This document shows positions 27,897 through 37,197 of a stretch of 49,193 bases of DNA, in pieces (position 1 is the first letter of the stretch; each line of letters begins with the position of its first letter). The notes beneath the pieces are model-generated. The model was not told the origin of the DNA, did not search any database, and was given only the letters and a program-made list of their open reading frames with translations. Origin of the DNA: a virus (taxonomy: Duplodnaviria; Caudoviricetes); the IMG/VR virus record IMGVR_UViG_3300048852_000120, positions 1 through 49,193 of that record; one strand, 5' to 3'. The translations under genes and the position numbers were made by a program.

Positions 27897-28151
27897 TTAA
27901 TTGCTGATGCCGAGTTCGGCGCACCGCTCGCGTTTCCGCACAGCCTCAGTGTTGTCCCCGTAGTCGCAATCGCTGCACTTGCTGCATTGCATGACGGAGA
28001 CAGAGCACCCGCCGTCTTCACAGCCGCAGTTCGCGCCTCCGATAAACTGCCAGTCATGGCCGACCTCGCTGCAATGGGCGTCAGCTACAGCCCGCTTGGC
28101 CTTGGCCAGTTCCGCCTCTGCGGCGGCGAGACGTTCTAGGGCGTTGCTCAT
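27897..28151 (-). CDS. Cys-rich Zn-binding hypothetical protein
   Basis: CSEVGHDW...NCGC...C...CSKCSDCDYG; ATGA coupling. Confidence 0.75.
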   Translation of the reverse strand: MSNALERLAAAEAELAKAKRAVADAHCSEVGHDWQFIGGANCGCEDGGCSVSVMQCSKCSDCDYGDNTEAVRKRERCAELGISN

Positions 28152-28351
28152 GCCTTCTCTCCCATGAGGGCGGCTCGGATCAGCACTTCCGGCACCCACA
28201 TAACGGGGTGATACTCCCACTCACCAGTCCAGCCAGGTTCATGGCTGACGTTCTCAATCTCGATCAGGCCTTCGGTCTTGAGATCACCAAGGTGGACACC
28301 TCGGATGCGCCATGTATGGCCGCTGACTTCGATCAAGTCGCCGGGCTTCAT
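28148..28351 (-). CDS. Hypothetical phage protein
   Basis: 67 aa, ATGA-coupled at both ends. Confidence 0.7.
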   Translation of the reverse strand: MKPGDLIEVSGHTWRIRGVHLGDLKTEGLIEIENVSHEPGWTGEWEYHPVMWVPEVLIRAALMGEKA

Positions 28352-28488
28352 GCTCTCCCCCCAGCGACCGGCCCGTGCTTGTCCTTAAGAACTTCGCCAT
28401 CAGGGGTCACAATCCGCTCGGCCTTGTGGATCACATGCCGGGGAAGCTTGCGGTATTGCTCTCGGGTGACGGTCAGTGTTTTCGCCAT
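28348..28488 (-). CDS. Hypothetical 46-aa protein
   Basis: GAGGAG RBS before ATG 28488; coupled to the next gene. Confidence 0.65.
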   Translation of the reverse strand: MAKTLTVTREQYRKLPRHVIHKAERIVTPDGEVLKDKHGPVAGGRA

Positions 28489-28536
28489 GTTCTCCTCGTG
28501 ACGGTAACGGGTTGTTAGAAATCTTGCCCTAGATGA

Positions 28537-28618
28537 GCCGGGCCGAAGCATTGGCAGTTCCACTGCCATCCTGGTTGCCCGGCACCAAACTTCAGGCCGC
28601 TCCCCACGCGGCCTTTTT
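28537..28618 (+). ncRNA. Candidate small RNA with intrinsic terminator
   Basis: Nested stem GCCGGGC..TGGCAG-TTCCA-CTGCCA..GCCCGGC followed by AGGCCGC-N7-GCGGCCT-TTTT. Confidence 0.45.
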
Positions 28619-28643
28619 CTTTGGCTCAGCATGATCCATCCCC

Positions 28644-29453
28644 TCAGCGCACCGGCACGTGCGCGCGGTGGAGCTGCTCGGCCAGGTACGACAGCCCGGC
28701 CGGCAGATACCGGTCCAGCGAGCTCCGGCTGAGGATCTTCTCGGGCATGGCCTGCCAGGGAAGAACGGTGGGCTTCATCGGGATCTTGAGGCCTTCCAGC
28801 TCCTGGTCGATCCGAGTACGCATCTGGGCCGTCAGATCGGCCCAGGCCTGCGCCTTGTCGTCCTCACCCATGATGTTCAGTTGGAGCTGCTCGGCCTGCT
28901 CGTCCCGCCAGCGGCCCGCCTCAACGATCGCACGCTTACGAGCCTGCTCGATAGGCTTGCCAGTCCTCTCCCATTCCGCGGCCGCCATCCGCTCCGCCAT
29001 GGCCTTCGCCTTGACCGTCCGCTCCTTCACAATCCTGGCGATCGAGAACCCGCCAGCCTTGCACATGGCCCAGAGCAAGACGGCGTCACAGGCCATGGGC
29101 TCATGGGCTGCGTACTTGAGCGGCCACGCCAGAGCCTCATCGGACATGCTGATTTCTTCAGCCGTCGGGCGCCGGATACCGGCAGCGTACGCGTCACGAG
29201 CCGATTTGATCTCATCCTCGACCAGATCCGAGAACTCCTTCAGAGCGACCGGCCACGCAGTGCCGTACTCCTTGGGCCCTACCCTACCTGCCATCGTGAG
29301 GAGCACGTCGAAGGCATGGATCAGCCTGTGAGCCACGTGCTCCGAGGTCCAGAAGAGAGGGGCCTCATAGGGACCCTCAACAGCTTCCCCGCGTGACAGG
29401 TCCCGTGACACGTCTTCATCGCCGCGTGATAGATCAGTCGAATAACTCACCAC
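28644..29453 (-). CDS. DUF6362-like putative late transcription regulator
   Basis: WTSEHVAHRLIHAF...AWP...RPTAEEISMSDEALAW pattern; Q-like position after replication genes. Confidence 0.6.
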   Translation of the reverse strand: MVSYSTDLSRGDEDVSRDLSRGEAVEGPYEAPLFWTSEHVAHRLIHAFDVLLTMAGRVGPKEYGTAWPVALKEFSDLVEDEIKSARDAYAAGIRRPTAEEISMSDEALAWPLKYAAHEPMACDAVLLWAMCKAGGFSIARIVKERTVKAKAMAERMAAAEWERTGKPIEQARKRAIVEAGRWRDEQAEQLQLNIMGEDDKAQAWADLTAQMRTRIDQELEGLKIPMKPTVLPWQAMPEKILSRSSLDRYLPAGLSYLAEQLHRAHVPVR

Positions 29454-29495
29454 GGCACCTCATCTTCTGTGACATCAGGATTCCATTGCGTGACG
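29389..29495. repeat. Five YGTGAY(A/G) direct repeats, possible origin iterons
   Basis: Copies at 29392, 29404, 29425, 29468 and 29489. Confidence 0.5.
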
Positions 29496-30781
29496 GAAGG
29501 CTGTTCCTCAGCCTGCGTCTGCTGGCTCTTCTTCCCGCCTCTTAGTTCCTTGCCGGTCAGCCAAACCCAAGGATTGCTGATGCCGATCAGGCCGAGGGCA
29601 ACCAGCCTTTCACCGCAAAACTTGCGGGCCTGTCTGAGGGCGGCATCCCGCTTCTCGCCCTCAGGCTCCTCGCCCATCCATTTCTTAGCGAATGCGTCGC
29701 GGACTTTGTCTTTGTGCACCACCCTGATCCCGCCGGGCAGCTTGATTCCCTCTGGCGGAGCCTCACCGTGATCCTGGATGGCTTCCTGCACGCAGATGAA
29801 GTAGTTGTAGACGCGATCGGACAGCTTCTTGGCGTCCTGGGGCTTGTCCCTCTCGACGCCGGCCAGGGCGCCCTCATCAGGAAGATCCACCACACACGAC
29901 GTCAGCTCGTCGCCGTCCTCATCGACGCCGATCTTCACTTGGGGCAGGACGAACCGGAACCTCTTGTCTGCGTCGCCGTCCTTGAGCTTAGTGACGACGG
30001 CCTCCCGGATCTTCCGCCCATTGGCATCCTTGGCGATGATCGGGTTCTTCGCATTCTTGCCGGCGTCCACTTCGACCAGAGAGACGTCGAGCACATTTTC
30101 GACATCGGCGAACATACTGGAGTGGCCGCGGGCCTTGGTACCGGCAGCGTTCTTATGGTGGACCAGGAGCACCGTGCAGCCGAGGGCTAGCTCCAGCTTC
30201 TTGCAGCGCCGGCGGATGCTGGAGACGTCCTTGCTGCCGTTCTCGTCGGCGCCTGGCGTCGCCGCGCTGAAGGTATCGATCACCAACAGCTCGAGCTTGA
30301 ATTCTGGGTACTGCTCCTCCCAGTACCGGCATTCCGCGATAAGGGCGTCACAGTCCTCATCTGAGGCATAGAGATCGATCGGCAGGGTCAGAAGTACGAA
30401 GGGCAGGCTGTTGTCGCCCTTCAGCCCATGGTGCTCCTCATAGGCCGGGATGCGCTTGTCGCGCACCCCCTTGGCGCTTTCCCCTGCCTGATAGATGACA
30501 AGTCCCTTCCGAGTCTTATTGCCGAACCAGGGAGTGCCGCGAGCGACGGCCATGCCGATATCGATGGCGAGGAAGGATTTGCCCGACTGGGAGGCCCCTA
30601 CCAGCATGGCCTGCTCGCCACGGGTTATGACGTTTTTGACCAGCCACTCGTGCTTTGAGGCACGAGGGGCATGACGCTCATGCCACGGGATGGCGCCGAA
30701 CCGAGACTTGAAGGGCTGGATCATCGCCGTCGTCTCGCGCTCAAACTGCTCGAAGGACTTGATGGAGGGGATCGCGTTCAT
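29447..30781 (-). CDS. AAA_25 / RepA-family replicative helicase
   Basis: GASQSGKS Walker A, LLVIDT Walker B, VLLVHH and ARGHSS motifs. Confidence 0.92.
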   Translation of the reverse strand: MNAIPSIKSFEQFERETTAMIQPFKSRFGAIPWHERHAPRASKHEWLVKNVITRGEQAMLVGASQSGKSFLAIDIGMAVARGTPWFGNKTRKGLVIYQAGESAKGVRDKRIPAYEEHHGLKGDNSLPFVLLTLPIDLYASDEDCDALIAECRYWEEQYPEFKLELLVIDTFSAATPGADENGSKDVSSIRRRCKKLELALGCTVLLVHHKNAAGTKARGHSSMFADVENVLDVSLVEVDAGKNAKNPIIAKDANGRKIREAVVTKLKDGDADKRFRFVLPQVKIGVDEDGDELTSCVVDLPDEGALAGVERDKPQDAKKLSDRVYNYFICVQEAIQDHGEAPPEGIKLPGGIRVVHKDKVRDAFAKKWMGEEPEGEKRDAALRQARKFCGERLVALGLIGISNPWVWLTGKELRGGKKSQQTQAEEQPSVTQWNPDVTEDEVPW

Positions 30782-31971
30782 GCCGCTGCCTCGATTCCGA
30801 GCTCGCGAAGGAGAAGATCGTTGAAGTCAGAACCGTCGGGTGCCATGGAAACCAGAACCTCCCTGCCCTGCTGATGGAAGCGCCGGGCCGCTACCAAGAG
30901 GCGGGCCCGGGTAGCCTCATGATCGCTGTCGCCATCACCGAGCAGAATGACGCGTCGCACATGCTGAGGCAGGATGACCCCGGGCCGGTCGAAGTCAGGG
31001 GCGCCGTTCGGGATCGGGAGTGGAGAGCCATCCGGCCGCTTCTTCTTCGGGTGCGCCACGGTACCGGTGGCACCGCCTGAGAGGTTGCCCAGGCTGACGG
31101 ATGTCGCGAGACTCACGTCGAAGTCTACCAGCCCCAGCACATACCAGGAGAGGACGGTCTCGATCCCCTCCCCGATCGCCAGCGTGTCTCCAATCTCGCC
31201 GAGGCGGATCATGCCCCCTCGCTGCTCGCCCATGACTTTCTTGGCCTTGTTGCGGGCCCTATCGCCAGGAGGCGTCAGCTTCTTCGGCTGCGACGGATTC
31301 AGGTAGGTCCGGTGCAGGCCAATGATCGTGCCATCTACAGAGCGGATCGCTGCCACCATAGCGGGATAAGAGCCGAGCGGAGAGGTCCGGTCCGCGTCGG
31401 CATTTGCATAGCCGTGGTAGCCGAGATCAGGGACGAACCGCAGATCAGCTGTGAGCCGCGCCGGCGGCGTCAGACCGCGAGCCTCAAGGTAGGCCGCAGC
31501 GTGGGTGCCCGCGATTGGCTTGGCGGCCTGCCACAGCTTCTCAACGCTCTCCTGCGTCTCCTGCCGCTCCCGGTCTTCCCGAGCCTGCGCCTCAGCCTCT
31601 TCCTTGCGGCGCTGCTCGGCACGAGCCGCGAGGCGCGCTTCACGCGCGCTGCGCTCCTCATCTGTCTCAGCTTGGTCGCGCCCCGGTGGCGGCCGACCAG
31701 TGAGAGTCTCGCAGGCGGCCGGAAATTCACAGGCATCAAGGTGCATCACCATGTCGATCACGTCTCCGCCTCCTGCTCCACGGCAGTTGAAGACGTTCTT
31801 GCGGGTATTGATGCTGAAGCGATCGGTGCCGCCGCAGGCCGGGCAAGGACCAGAGCGCTCGACAGAGCCCTTCATCCTCACGCCGCGGCGCCCGAGCTCG
31901 TCGAGGATGGAGACAGAGCGGGCTTCCTCGACCCACTCGTCAAATGCCTGGCTGGTCCCGGTCGCGGCCAT
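30778..31971 (-). CDS. DNA primase (Zn-binding plus Toprim domains)
   Basis: GPCPACGGTDRF...FNCR, YLEARGL, LHRTYL, GEGIET and GDGD motifs. Confidence 0.92.
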   Translation of the reverse strand: MAATGTSQAFDEWVEEARSVSILDELGRRGVRMKGSVERSGPCPACGGTDRFSINTRKNVFNCRGAGGGDVIDMVMHLDACEFPAACETLTGRPPPGRDQAETDEERSAREARLAARAEQRRKEEAEAQAREDRERQETQESVEKLWQAAKPIAGTHAAAYLEARGLTPPARLTADLRFVPDLGYHGYANADADRTSPLGSYPAMVAAIRSVDGTIIGLHRTYLNPSQPKKLTPPGDRARNKAKKVMGEQRGGMIRLGEIGDTLAIGEGIETVLSWYVLGLVDFDVSLATSVSLGNLSGGATGTVAHPKKKRPDGSPLPIPNGAPDFDRPGVILPQHVRRVILLGDGDSDHEATRARLLVAARRFHQQGREVLVSMAPDGSDFNDLLLRELGIEAAA

Positions 31972-32115
31972 GGATCACTCCGCACCTTTCCGCGAGATTT
32001 CTGCCGGTCGATCTGCGAGCCCCTCCCGGCGCACGGCCAGTTCCGCTATAGAATAGTTGTGTGTTGAGGCCATCACCGGTTCAACGGCTGCGTGATCGAT
32101 CGATTGGGAGAAACG

Positions 32116-32871
32116 ATGAAGGACAAACGAGACGGGAACGGCGGAAACGGTGCCGCCCTTCTGGGTGGGCTTGCTATCAGCGCTTTGGTGGCTGGCTATA
32201 CACTTATGCTCATCTGGGGCGTTGACGTTTGCAGCGGCGAGAAGGTGAACGCGGAACTCCTTGCCATCAGCCGCGTCGGCTGCATGGAGTACTGGTTGGA
32301 GCGCTACCAGACCCTGTTCACCGGCATCCTGTCGGCTATCATTGCGGTCGGTGCGGCTTATTTGGTCCTGAAAACGCTCGATCGCATGGATCGCCAGAAC
32401 CGGCTGGCAGAACAAGCCATGCAGGTGGCACACGATCAGCTCAAGGCAGTACATCGAAAGGAAATCGGCATCGCACTCAATGCACTCGCATTCGTGCGTA
32501 GTCACATCCTCACCATGATCACCTCGATGGATGAAGCAAATGGCGATGAAGAGAAAATCGCCATGGCTTACGTCGAGGCCCTGACAGCAATCAAGGATCC
32601 GCTCAACGAATTCCGGCTGGCCATGCACGCTATCACTCAGAGTGAAGCGGCGGAGAGGGACGTCACAAACTTCGAGCGACACTTCAACGCCGTCATGCGG
32701 TACTTTGGCGCGAAACAAAGCGCAAGCTATCAAACTTTGATGCCGCCGCCGCCCGGAGGTCTGACCGTCAGTTCGCTGCAGGAGGTGCGAGAATTCTTGA
32801 TGAGGGCCTGTGCCGATCTCGGCAGCCTGAGAGATGAGCTGAGGATCACACGACGAGCCTTTAACAAGTAG
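32116..32871 (+). CDS. Antisense moron: membrane protein with two TM helices and a helical domain
   Basis: GGGAG RBS; hydrophobic segments including YWLERYQTLFTGILSAIIAVGAA; lower GC. Confidence 0.8.
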   Translation: MKDKRDGNGGNGAALLGGLAISALVAGYTLMLIWGVDVCSGEKVNAELLAISRVGCMEYWLERYQTLFTGILSAIIAVGAAYLVLKTLDRMDRQNRLAEQAMQVAHDQLKAVHRKEIGIALNALAFVRSHILTMITSMDEANGDEEKIAMAYVEALTAIKDPLNEFRLAMHAITQSEAAERDVTNFERHFNAVMRYFGAKQSASYQTLMPPPPGGLTVSSLQEVREFLMRACADLGSLRDELRITRRAFNK

Positions 32872-32916
32872 AGCAACAGCAGGCTCGAAGCCCATACGCC
32901 CACAGTTCAAGGGTCT

Positions 32917-32955
32917 GCCTCCACCAGCGAAGCTGTCGACGATCAACTCTCTCAT
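32917..32955 (-). pseudogene. 5' remnant of a C5 DNA cytosine methyltransferase
   Basis: ATGA-coupled start MRELIVDSFAGGG (motif I FxGxG); similarity is then lost. Confidence 0.7.
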
Positions 32956-33536
32956 GCTGCCACCTTGTCGTTCTTGCGCAGCCAATGAACCTGCGGCTGA
33001 CCTTCGTAGCCTTTGAGCCAGACGAACCATGAGAAATCTGCCTTCCCACCTCCAGGCTTCTCACCGGCCACGATCACGCGACCAGGCGGCATAGAGGGAC
33101 GCGGCCCAATGCGGTATTCGCGATAGAGCGGCGTCGATTCCAGCCATGACCCGGTGGAGGCGGAGTTTGCCCATACGGTCGGCAGGAGCATTGCGACCTT
33201 ACCGCGGCTGAGGTGCAGGGCCCGTTCAATGAACGGACGGGCAATGCCGAATGGCGGATTGCTAACGATGTTCTCGCCAAGGACGATGACCTGCTCAAGG
33301 AAGTCCATCGGTACGCCGCAGTGCTCGGATCGCGCGATTTTATCGGAGCCACGAGCCTCGTGACCGGCGGCGCGAGCCGCAGCTACGACCCGACCGAGGC
33401 CGCATGCCGGATCCCAGATGCGGCCTTCGAACCGCTCGACTGCGAAGAGCCTCTCGGAAACCCATTCAGGTTCGACGTACCAGTCATCAGGATCGCGCTC
33501 CCAGATTTTGGCGTTCAGGGTCCTTACCGGCTCCAT
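32952..33536 (-). CDS. Phage DNA adenine (amino) methyltransferase
   Basis: DWYVEP, IWDPACGLG (SAM binding) and IVSNPPF (catalytic) motifs. Confidence 0.85.
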   Translation of the reverse strand: MEPVRTLNAKIWERDPDDWYVEPEWVSERLFAVERFEGRIWDPACGLGRVVAAARAAGHEARGSDKIARSEHCGVPMDFLEQVIVLGENIVSNPPFGIARPFIERALHLSRGKVAMLLPTVWANSASTGSWLESTPLYREYRIGPRPSMPPGRVIVAGEKPGGGKADFSWFVWLKGYEGQPQVHWLRKNDKVAA

Positions 33537-33537
33537 C

Positions 33538-34707
33538 TCACGCCTCCAGCCGCTGGACGCGGAACATGAACTTGTTCACGCTCACGAGGTCGATGCCAAT
33601 CGCAGCCAGCTTGCGGCGCATGGTGCTGAAGTGATCCTTCAGGGCATCAATGCGAGGCCAGGGGCCGAGGTCGCGGAGAGTGTCGACATCATAGGTTCCG
33701 CCGTCCGTCATACGCTCGAGCGAGCGAGCGAAGGGGCGCGCCACGTCGATAGTGCCGAGCGGGCCGTGGATCTTTGAGGCTTCCACGTCGACCACCATGA
33801 TCTTGTCGGCATCGAAAGCGGCTACTGGCTTGGGCTGCGGCTTCTCGATCGAGGGATCAACCGGCATGAACTTACGCGGAGCCGCGGGGACGCTGGGTAT
33901 ACGCAGACGGGCCAGCCCTTCATCCTCATCGGCCTCCTTGAGCGGACGGCGGAAGACACGCACGCTGGAGAGGCCGGCCGGGATAGATTGAGACTCCAGC
34001 GCGGAGGGCTCGGACGGTTCATCAACAACGACGACAACGGTCTCTACGACCTCCGCGAAGTCCGGATCATCCTCTTCCGTGAGCTGGGTAACCGCTTCTG
34101 AGCGCCGGGCGGCGTCACCCTTGAGCACACGCGGATCATTGGCCTTGCGGCCCATGGCCAGATAGGAGCCGACACTGGACCGGTTCATATCCAGCTGGCG
34201 AGCGATGTCGGCCGATGTGATCGTCGTCTCGCCGTAAAGGTTAAGGACCTTCTGGCATGCCGGAGAGGCAGGCACGTAGTGCTTGAAAGGGATGGGGGTA
34301 TATGGCTCAACCTCGGAACCTTCAGTAGCAGGTTCCAAGGGAGCTTCCATGATAGCGGCTGCAGCATCCAAGGTATCGCTGCCGCCATCCATGTTATCAA
34401 CCTTCACAGGCCAGACGCCGCGCTCTTCAGCGCGTGTCTGTGCCAGCGGGCTCCAAGGGCCCATCTGCGCCTCGTTCCAGCCTTCCGGTTCCTGCTCGCC
34501 AATGGCATCGGCAACCGCCTTAAGGACACCCTCTGCATAGGCCTCGAACGGCACTACCACCTTCTTCGTCGCCATCTGATGAGCAAGCCGGCTCACTCGG
34601 CCCTGCAGGTCAGACAGCGCGCTGTTGATGGCCAGGATCTCGGACAGGACAGCAGCATTGGGATCGTGCTGCTCGATAGGCTGGAGAATGGGTTGCGTGC
34701 TCATCAT
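33538..34707 (-). CDS. Hypothetical protein with internal HTH and possible C-terminal winged helix
   Basis: SADIARQLDMNRSSVGSYL; acidic linkers. Confidence 0.65.
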   Translation of the reverse strand: MMSTQPILQPIEQHDPNAAVLSEILAINSALSDLQGRVSRLAHQMATKKVVVPFEAYAEGVLKAVADAIGEQEPEGWNEAQMGPWSPLAQTRAEERGVWPVKVDNMDGGSDTLDAAAAIMEAPLEPATEGSEVEPYTPIPFKHYVPASPACQKVLNLYGETTITSADIARQLDMNRSSVGSYLAMGRKANDPRVLKGDAARRSEAVTQLTEEDDPDFAEVVETVVVVVDEPSEPSALESQSIPAGLSSVRVFRRPLKEADEDEGLARLRIPSVPAAPRKFMPVDPSIEKPQPKPVAAFDADKIMVVDVEASKIHGPLGTIDVARPFARSLERMTDGGTYDVDTLRDLGPWPRIDALKDHFSTMRRKLAAIGIDLVSVNKFMFRVQRLEA

Positions 34708-35108
34708 GCAGCCTCAGTTTGAACGGTGACTTTGCGGGCGCGCGGCCCGTACTTGCGCTTGGGACGGGCTTCCTTGCCGAGATCCTTGAGTATCACCTGC
34801 ATGCCCTTATCGAGCGTCACGCGCAGCAGGCGCTCCAGCGCTGCTGCTTTCGAGACATCCATGGCCTCAGCTAGATTGTTGAGCGTCTCATAGTGGCGCC
34901 GACGGATGCCGCAGCGGACTTGGCGATAGCCGCCGCGGCCGGCGAGCTTTACCGGCGGCTTAGCTTGGCGCGCGACCCTGATAATGCGGCGCGGATTCTC
35001 ACCAAGCGCCGCACCTATCTCATCGGCCGAATGCCCGTCTCGGGCCAGGATCATGATCTTCGCCAGGAGATCCCTCCGGCTCATTGGTTGTTTCGGCTGG
35101 CTTTCCAT
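34704..35108 (-). CDS. Hypothetical DNA-binding protein (HTH plus RHH-like)
   Basis: GHSADEIGAALG and LNNLAEAMDVSKAAALERLL motifs. Confidence 0.65.
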   Translation of the reverse strand: MESQPKQPMSRRDLLAKIMILARDGHSADEIGAALGENPRRIIRVARQAKPPVKLAGRGGYRQVRCGIRRRHYETLNNLAEAMDVSKAAALERLLRVTLDKGMQVILKDLGKEARPKRKYGPRARKVTVQTEAA

Positions 35109-35397
35109 GGGCGGCCCTCGTAATCGCTGCCTCTTTCAGGGCGCTGCGAAATGTCGTGATGAGATCCCGGGTGAACTGGGTGTCACCCATCGCGTGCAGT
35201 CGCTCGAACATCATGCGGGTGGCGTAAAAGACGTCAGCGCGGTTCAGCTGCTCTTCCGAGGCGGCCTTGAGGAAGCGCTCCACCCTCACCCGCTCAGAAC
35301 CTCTGATGTCGCCGTCGCGATCGGTGTAGAAGATCGCCAAGTACTGGCAGATCTCGCCGCCGCGGCAGGCTGCCAGCTCATTGGGAGGGACAGTCAT
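35020..35397 (-). CDS. Hypothetical phage protein
   Basis: ATGA-coupled to the RuvC-like gene; overlaps the next gene by 89 nt. Confidence 0.55.
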   Translation of the reverse strand: MTVPPNELAACRGGEICQYLAIFYTDRDGDIRGSERVRVERFLKAASEEQLNRADVFYATRMMFERLHAMGDTQFTRDLITTFRSALKEAAITRAAHGKPAETTNEPEGSPGEDHDPGPRRAFGR

Positions 35398-35939
35398 GCC
35401 GCGATCTTCCGGTAATGGAATGGCTTCACGTCTGGGACGAGCAGCCCAAGCTGCGTCGCCCTCCAGTGAGCGACGGCGCCGGCGTCAGATTCGTCGTAGT
35501 TGTTGCACTCCCACCCGATCTCGCGGCAGACCTTGCGCACCAGGCGCTTGGCTTCCTCGCTCTTGAGATTCCCGTGACCCACGAAATGTTTGCGTACTCG
35601 CTGAATGTTCGCCTCGGTCACACGAACGTGCTTCAACTTCACAGTTGCGCCGAGCACCCCGATCAGCATCATCTTGACCATGGTGGAATGGGCGTTCGTC
35701 TGGCCCGAAAGAGCACGCTCCGGAATAGGCGCCTCGATGACAACCTCATCTGGCGGAAAGGTCCGCATCCGCTCTGCAATCCAGCGCAGAGCCCGACATG
35801 CCTTGTCCCAGGCTCCTTGGATGCTCTTGTCATCGTCTTCGCGCCCGAGCGCGACGGTGTAGAAGATCGGCTTTTTGCCGACCTCCCAGTCACACACACC
35901 CATGCTTTTCGCGACATCGAGGCCGAGGATCTTAGTCAT
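35394..35939 (-). CDS. RuvC-like Holliday junction resolvase
   Basis: ILGLD, VVIE, FVGHGNLKSEEAK and DESDA acidic catalytic motifs. Confidence 0.82.
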   Translation of the reverse strand: MTKILGLDVAKSMGVCDWEVGKKPIFYTVALGREDDDKSIQGAWDKACRALRWIAERMRTFPPDEVVIEAPIPERALSGQTNAHSTMVKMMLIGVLGATVKLKHVRVTEANIQRVRKHFVGHGNLKSEEAKRLVRKVCREIGWECNNYDESDAGAVAHWRATQLGLLVPDVKPFHYRKIAA

Positions 35940-35941
35940 GA

Positions 35942-36355
35942 TCAGTCTGCCAGATCGTCCACGAGTTCGCCGTCAGCCTGGCGACGATCTTCGGCATCGA
36001 CGGCCGCCTTGCCCAGCGGGAGTTCGGCGTAGTCACCCAGCGCTTCCTGGATGAGCTTGGCCTGCTCCAGATCCTCAGTCTCTAGCTCGGAGCGCATCTC
36101 TTCCATCTTGTGGGAGAGCTTTCTGATCTTCAGCTCGGTCTTGAGCGGCTTCAGCGGGATGCCGCGTGCCTTCGCCTCGGTCATCACGCCCTTACGATCC
36201 TCTGCGATGTCGCGGCACCGCTTCATGAACTTGCCGCGCTCGGATGCGAGCGTGGCGTCGAGCTCGTCAAGGCGGCTCACAACATCCTGCAAGACAGCAG
36301 GATCGAAGCCATTAGTATTGGGGGTCTGCTTTGCTGATTTCCGGCCACGGGCCAT
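35942..36355 (-). CDS. GapR-like (DUF2312-related) DNA-binding protein
   Basis: LQDVVSRLDEL...IAEDRKGVMTEAKARGIPLKPLKTELKIRK resembles the GapR core. Confidence 0.65.
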   Translation of the reverse strand: MARGRKSAKQTPNTNGFDPAVLQDVVSRLDELDATLASERGKFMKRCRDIAEDRKGVMTEAKARGIPLKPLKTELKIRKLSHKMEEMRSELETEDLEQAKLIQEALGDYAELPLGKAAVDAEDRRQADGELVDDLAD

Positions 36356-36358
36356 GGT

Positions 36359-36604
36359 TCAACCTTTCAGAACGTTGTTGGCTTGGGAGAGGAGAAGAGG
36401 CTCAGCAGACTGGTCTGCCTTCCGCTGAAAGGTGCCGTAGGTCGCCTCAGGTCCTATGGCTGCGAGAAGTTCGTCACGAATTCCTTCGAGCCAGCCCTCC
36501 GCCACGACACCTGCGGCGCAGCAGCCGTGCTGGAGGCGGATCTCAGCCAGGCGCTCACGAGTCTGAGCGCGGGCCGTTTCGTAGAGGGAGCCGGCGCCGG
36601 ACAT
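36359..36604 (-). CDS. Hypothetical phage protein
   Basis: 81-aa ORF filling the operon; GAGG RBS. Confidence 0.65.
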   Translation of the reverse strand: MSGAGSLYETARAQTRERLAEIRLQHGCCAAGVVAEGWLEGIRDELLAAIGPEATYGTFQRKADQSAEPLLLSQANNVLKG

Positions 36605-36612
36605 GACCCGCC

Positions 36613-37107
36613 TCAGGCCCGCTTGCGGTCAATTGACACGACGGAATTCTCGGCACGCTCCAGATCGGCATCGAGATCGGCCAGTGCCTCTTGGCCTTCC
36701 CTCACCTGGGTCCGAATGCTCTTGATCTCATTTGGTGTGACGGTTCCATCGGCCTTGGCCGCGACGATCTCGCCGACGACGTCCGACATCTCCCGGGCAA
36801 CGGTCGCCAGGTGTTGGTCGAAATCAACGCTGCGGGTTGCAGCCTTCTTTGGCACGAGAACAAAGCCAGCAAGATCGGCTAGCACGCGGGAGACAATCGG
36901 CTCGCCGACGTGAGCCTCAAGATCGCGGATCACGTCCATGGGGGCGAACATCTGTTCATTCGGATTGCCATACCGAGACAGGCGCGCCGCGTCCGTGCGA
37001 GTGATCTCCTCAGCTGCATACGTCGGACCGCCAGCAGCCTTCAGGAGGCTGCGATAGGCCGCCTTGAGAGTGAGATGATCGTCGCCAAGGAGGGTCCGGG
37101 TGCTCAT
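36613..37107 (-). CDS. CII-like phage regulatory protein
   Basis: LKAA...LLKAAGG...LSRY...FAPMDVI.DLE...ADGTVTPNE; downstream of cro. Confidence 0.7.
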   Translation of the reverse strand: MSTRTLLGDDHLTLKAAYRSLLKAAGGPTYAAEEITRTDAARLSRYGNPNEQMFAPMDVIRDLEAHVGEPIVSRVLADLAGFVLVPKKAATRSVDFDQHLATVAREMSDVVGEIVAAKADGTVTPNEIKSIRTQVREGQEALADLDADLERAENSVVSIDRKRA

Positions 37108-37197
37108 GCAAGAATTCCTAGTTTTATTGCTTTGCGGCTAAGGCTGAGGTCCGGCACCTTGCGATCAACAAAGGGGGCCGAGATGATTAGGGATCAG

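Noticed and set aside
31975-33030. 351-aa minus ORF as an intact methylase
   Set aside because: Only about 13 codons resemble a C5-MTase; no PC or ENV motifs; the rest is the antisense of the moron
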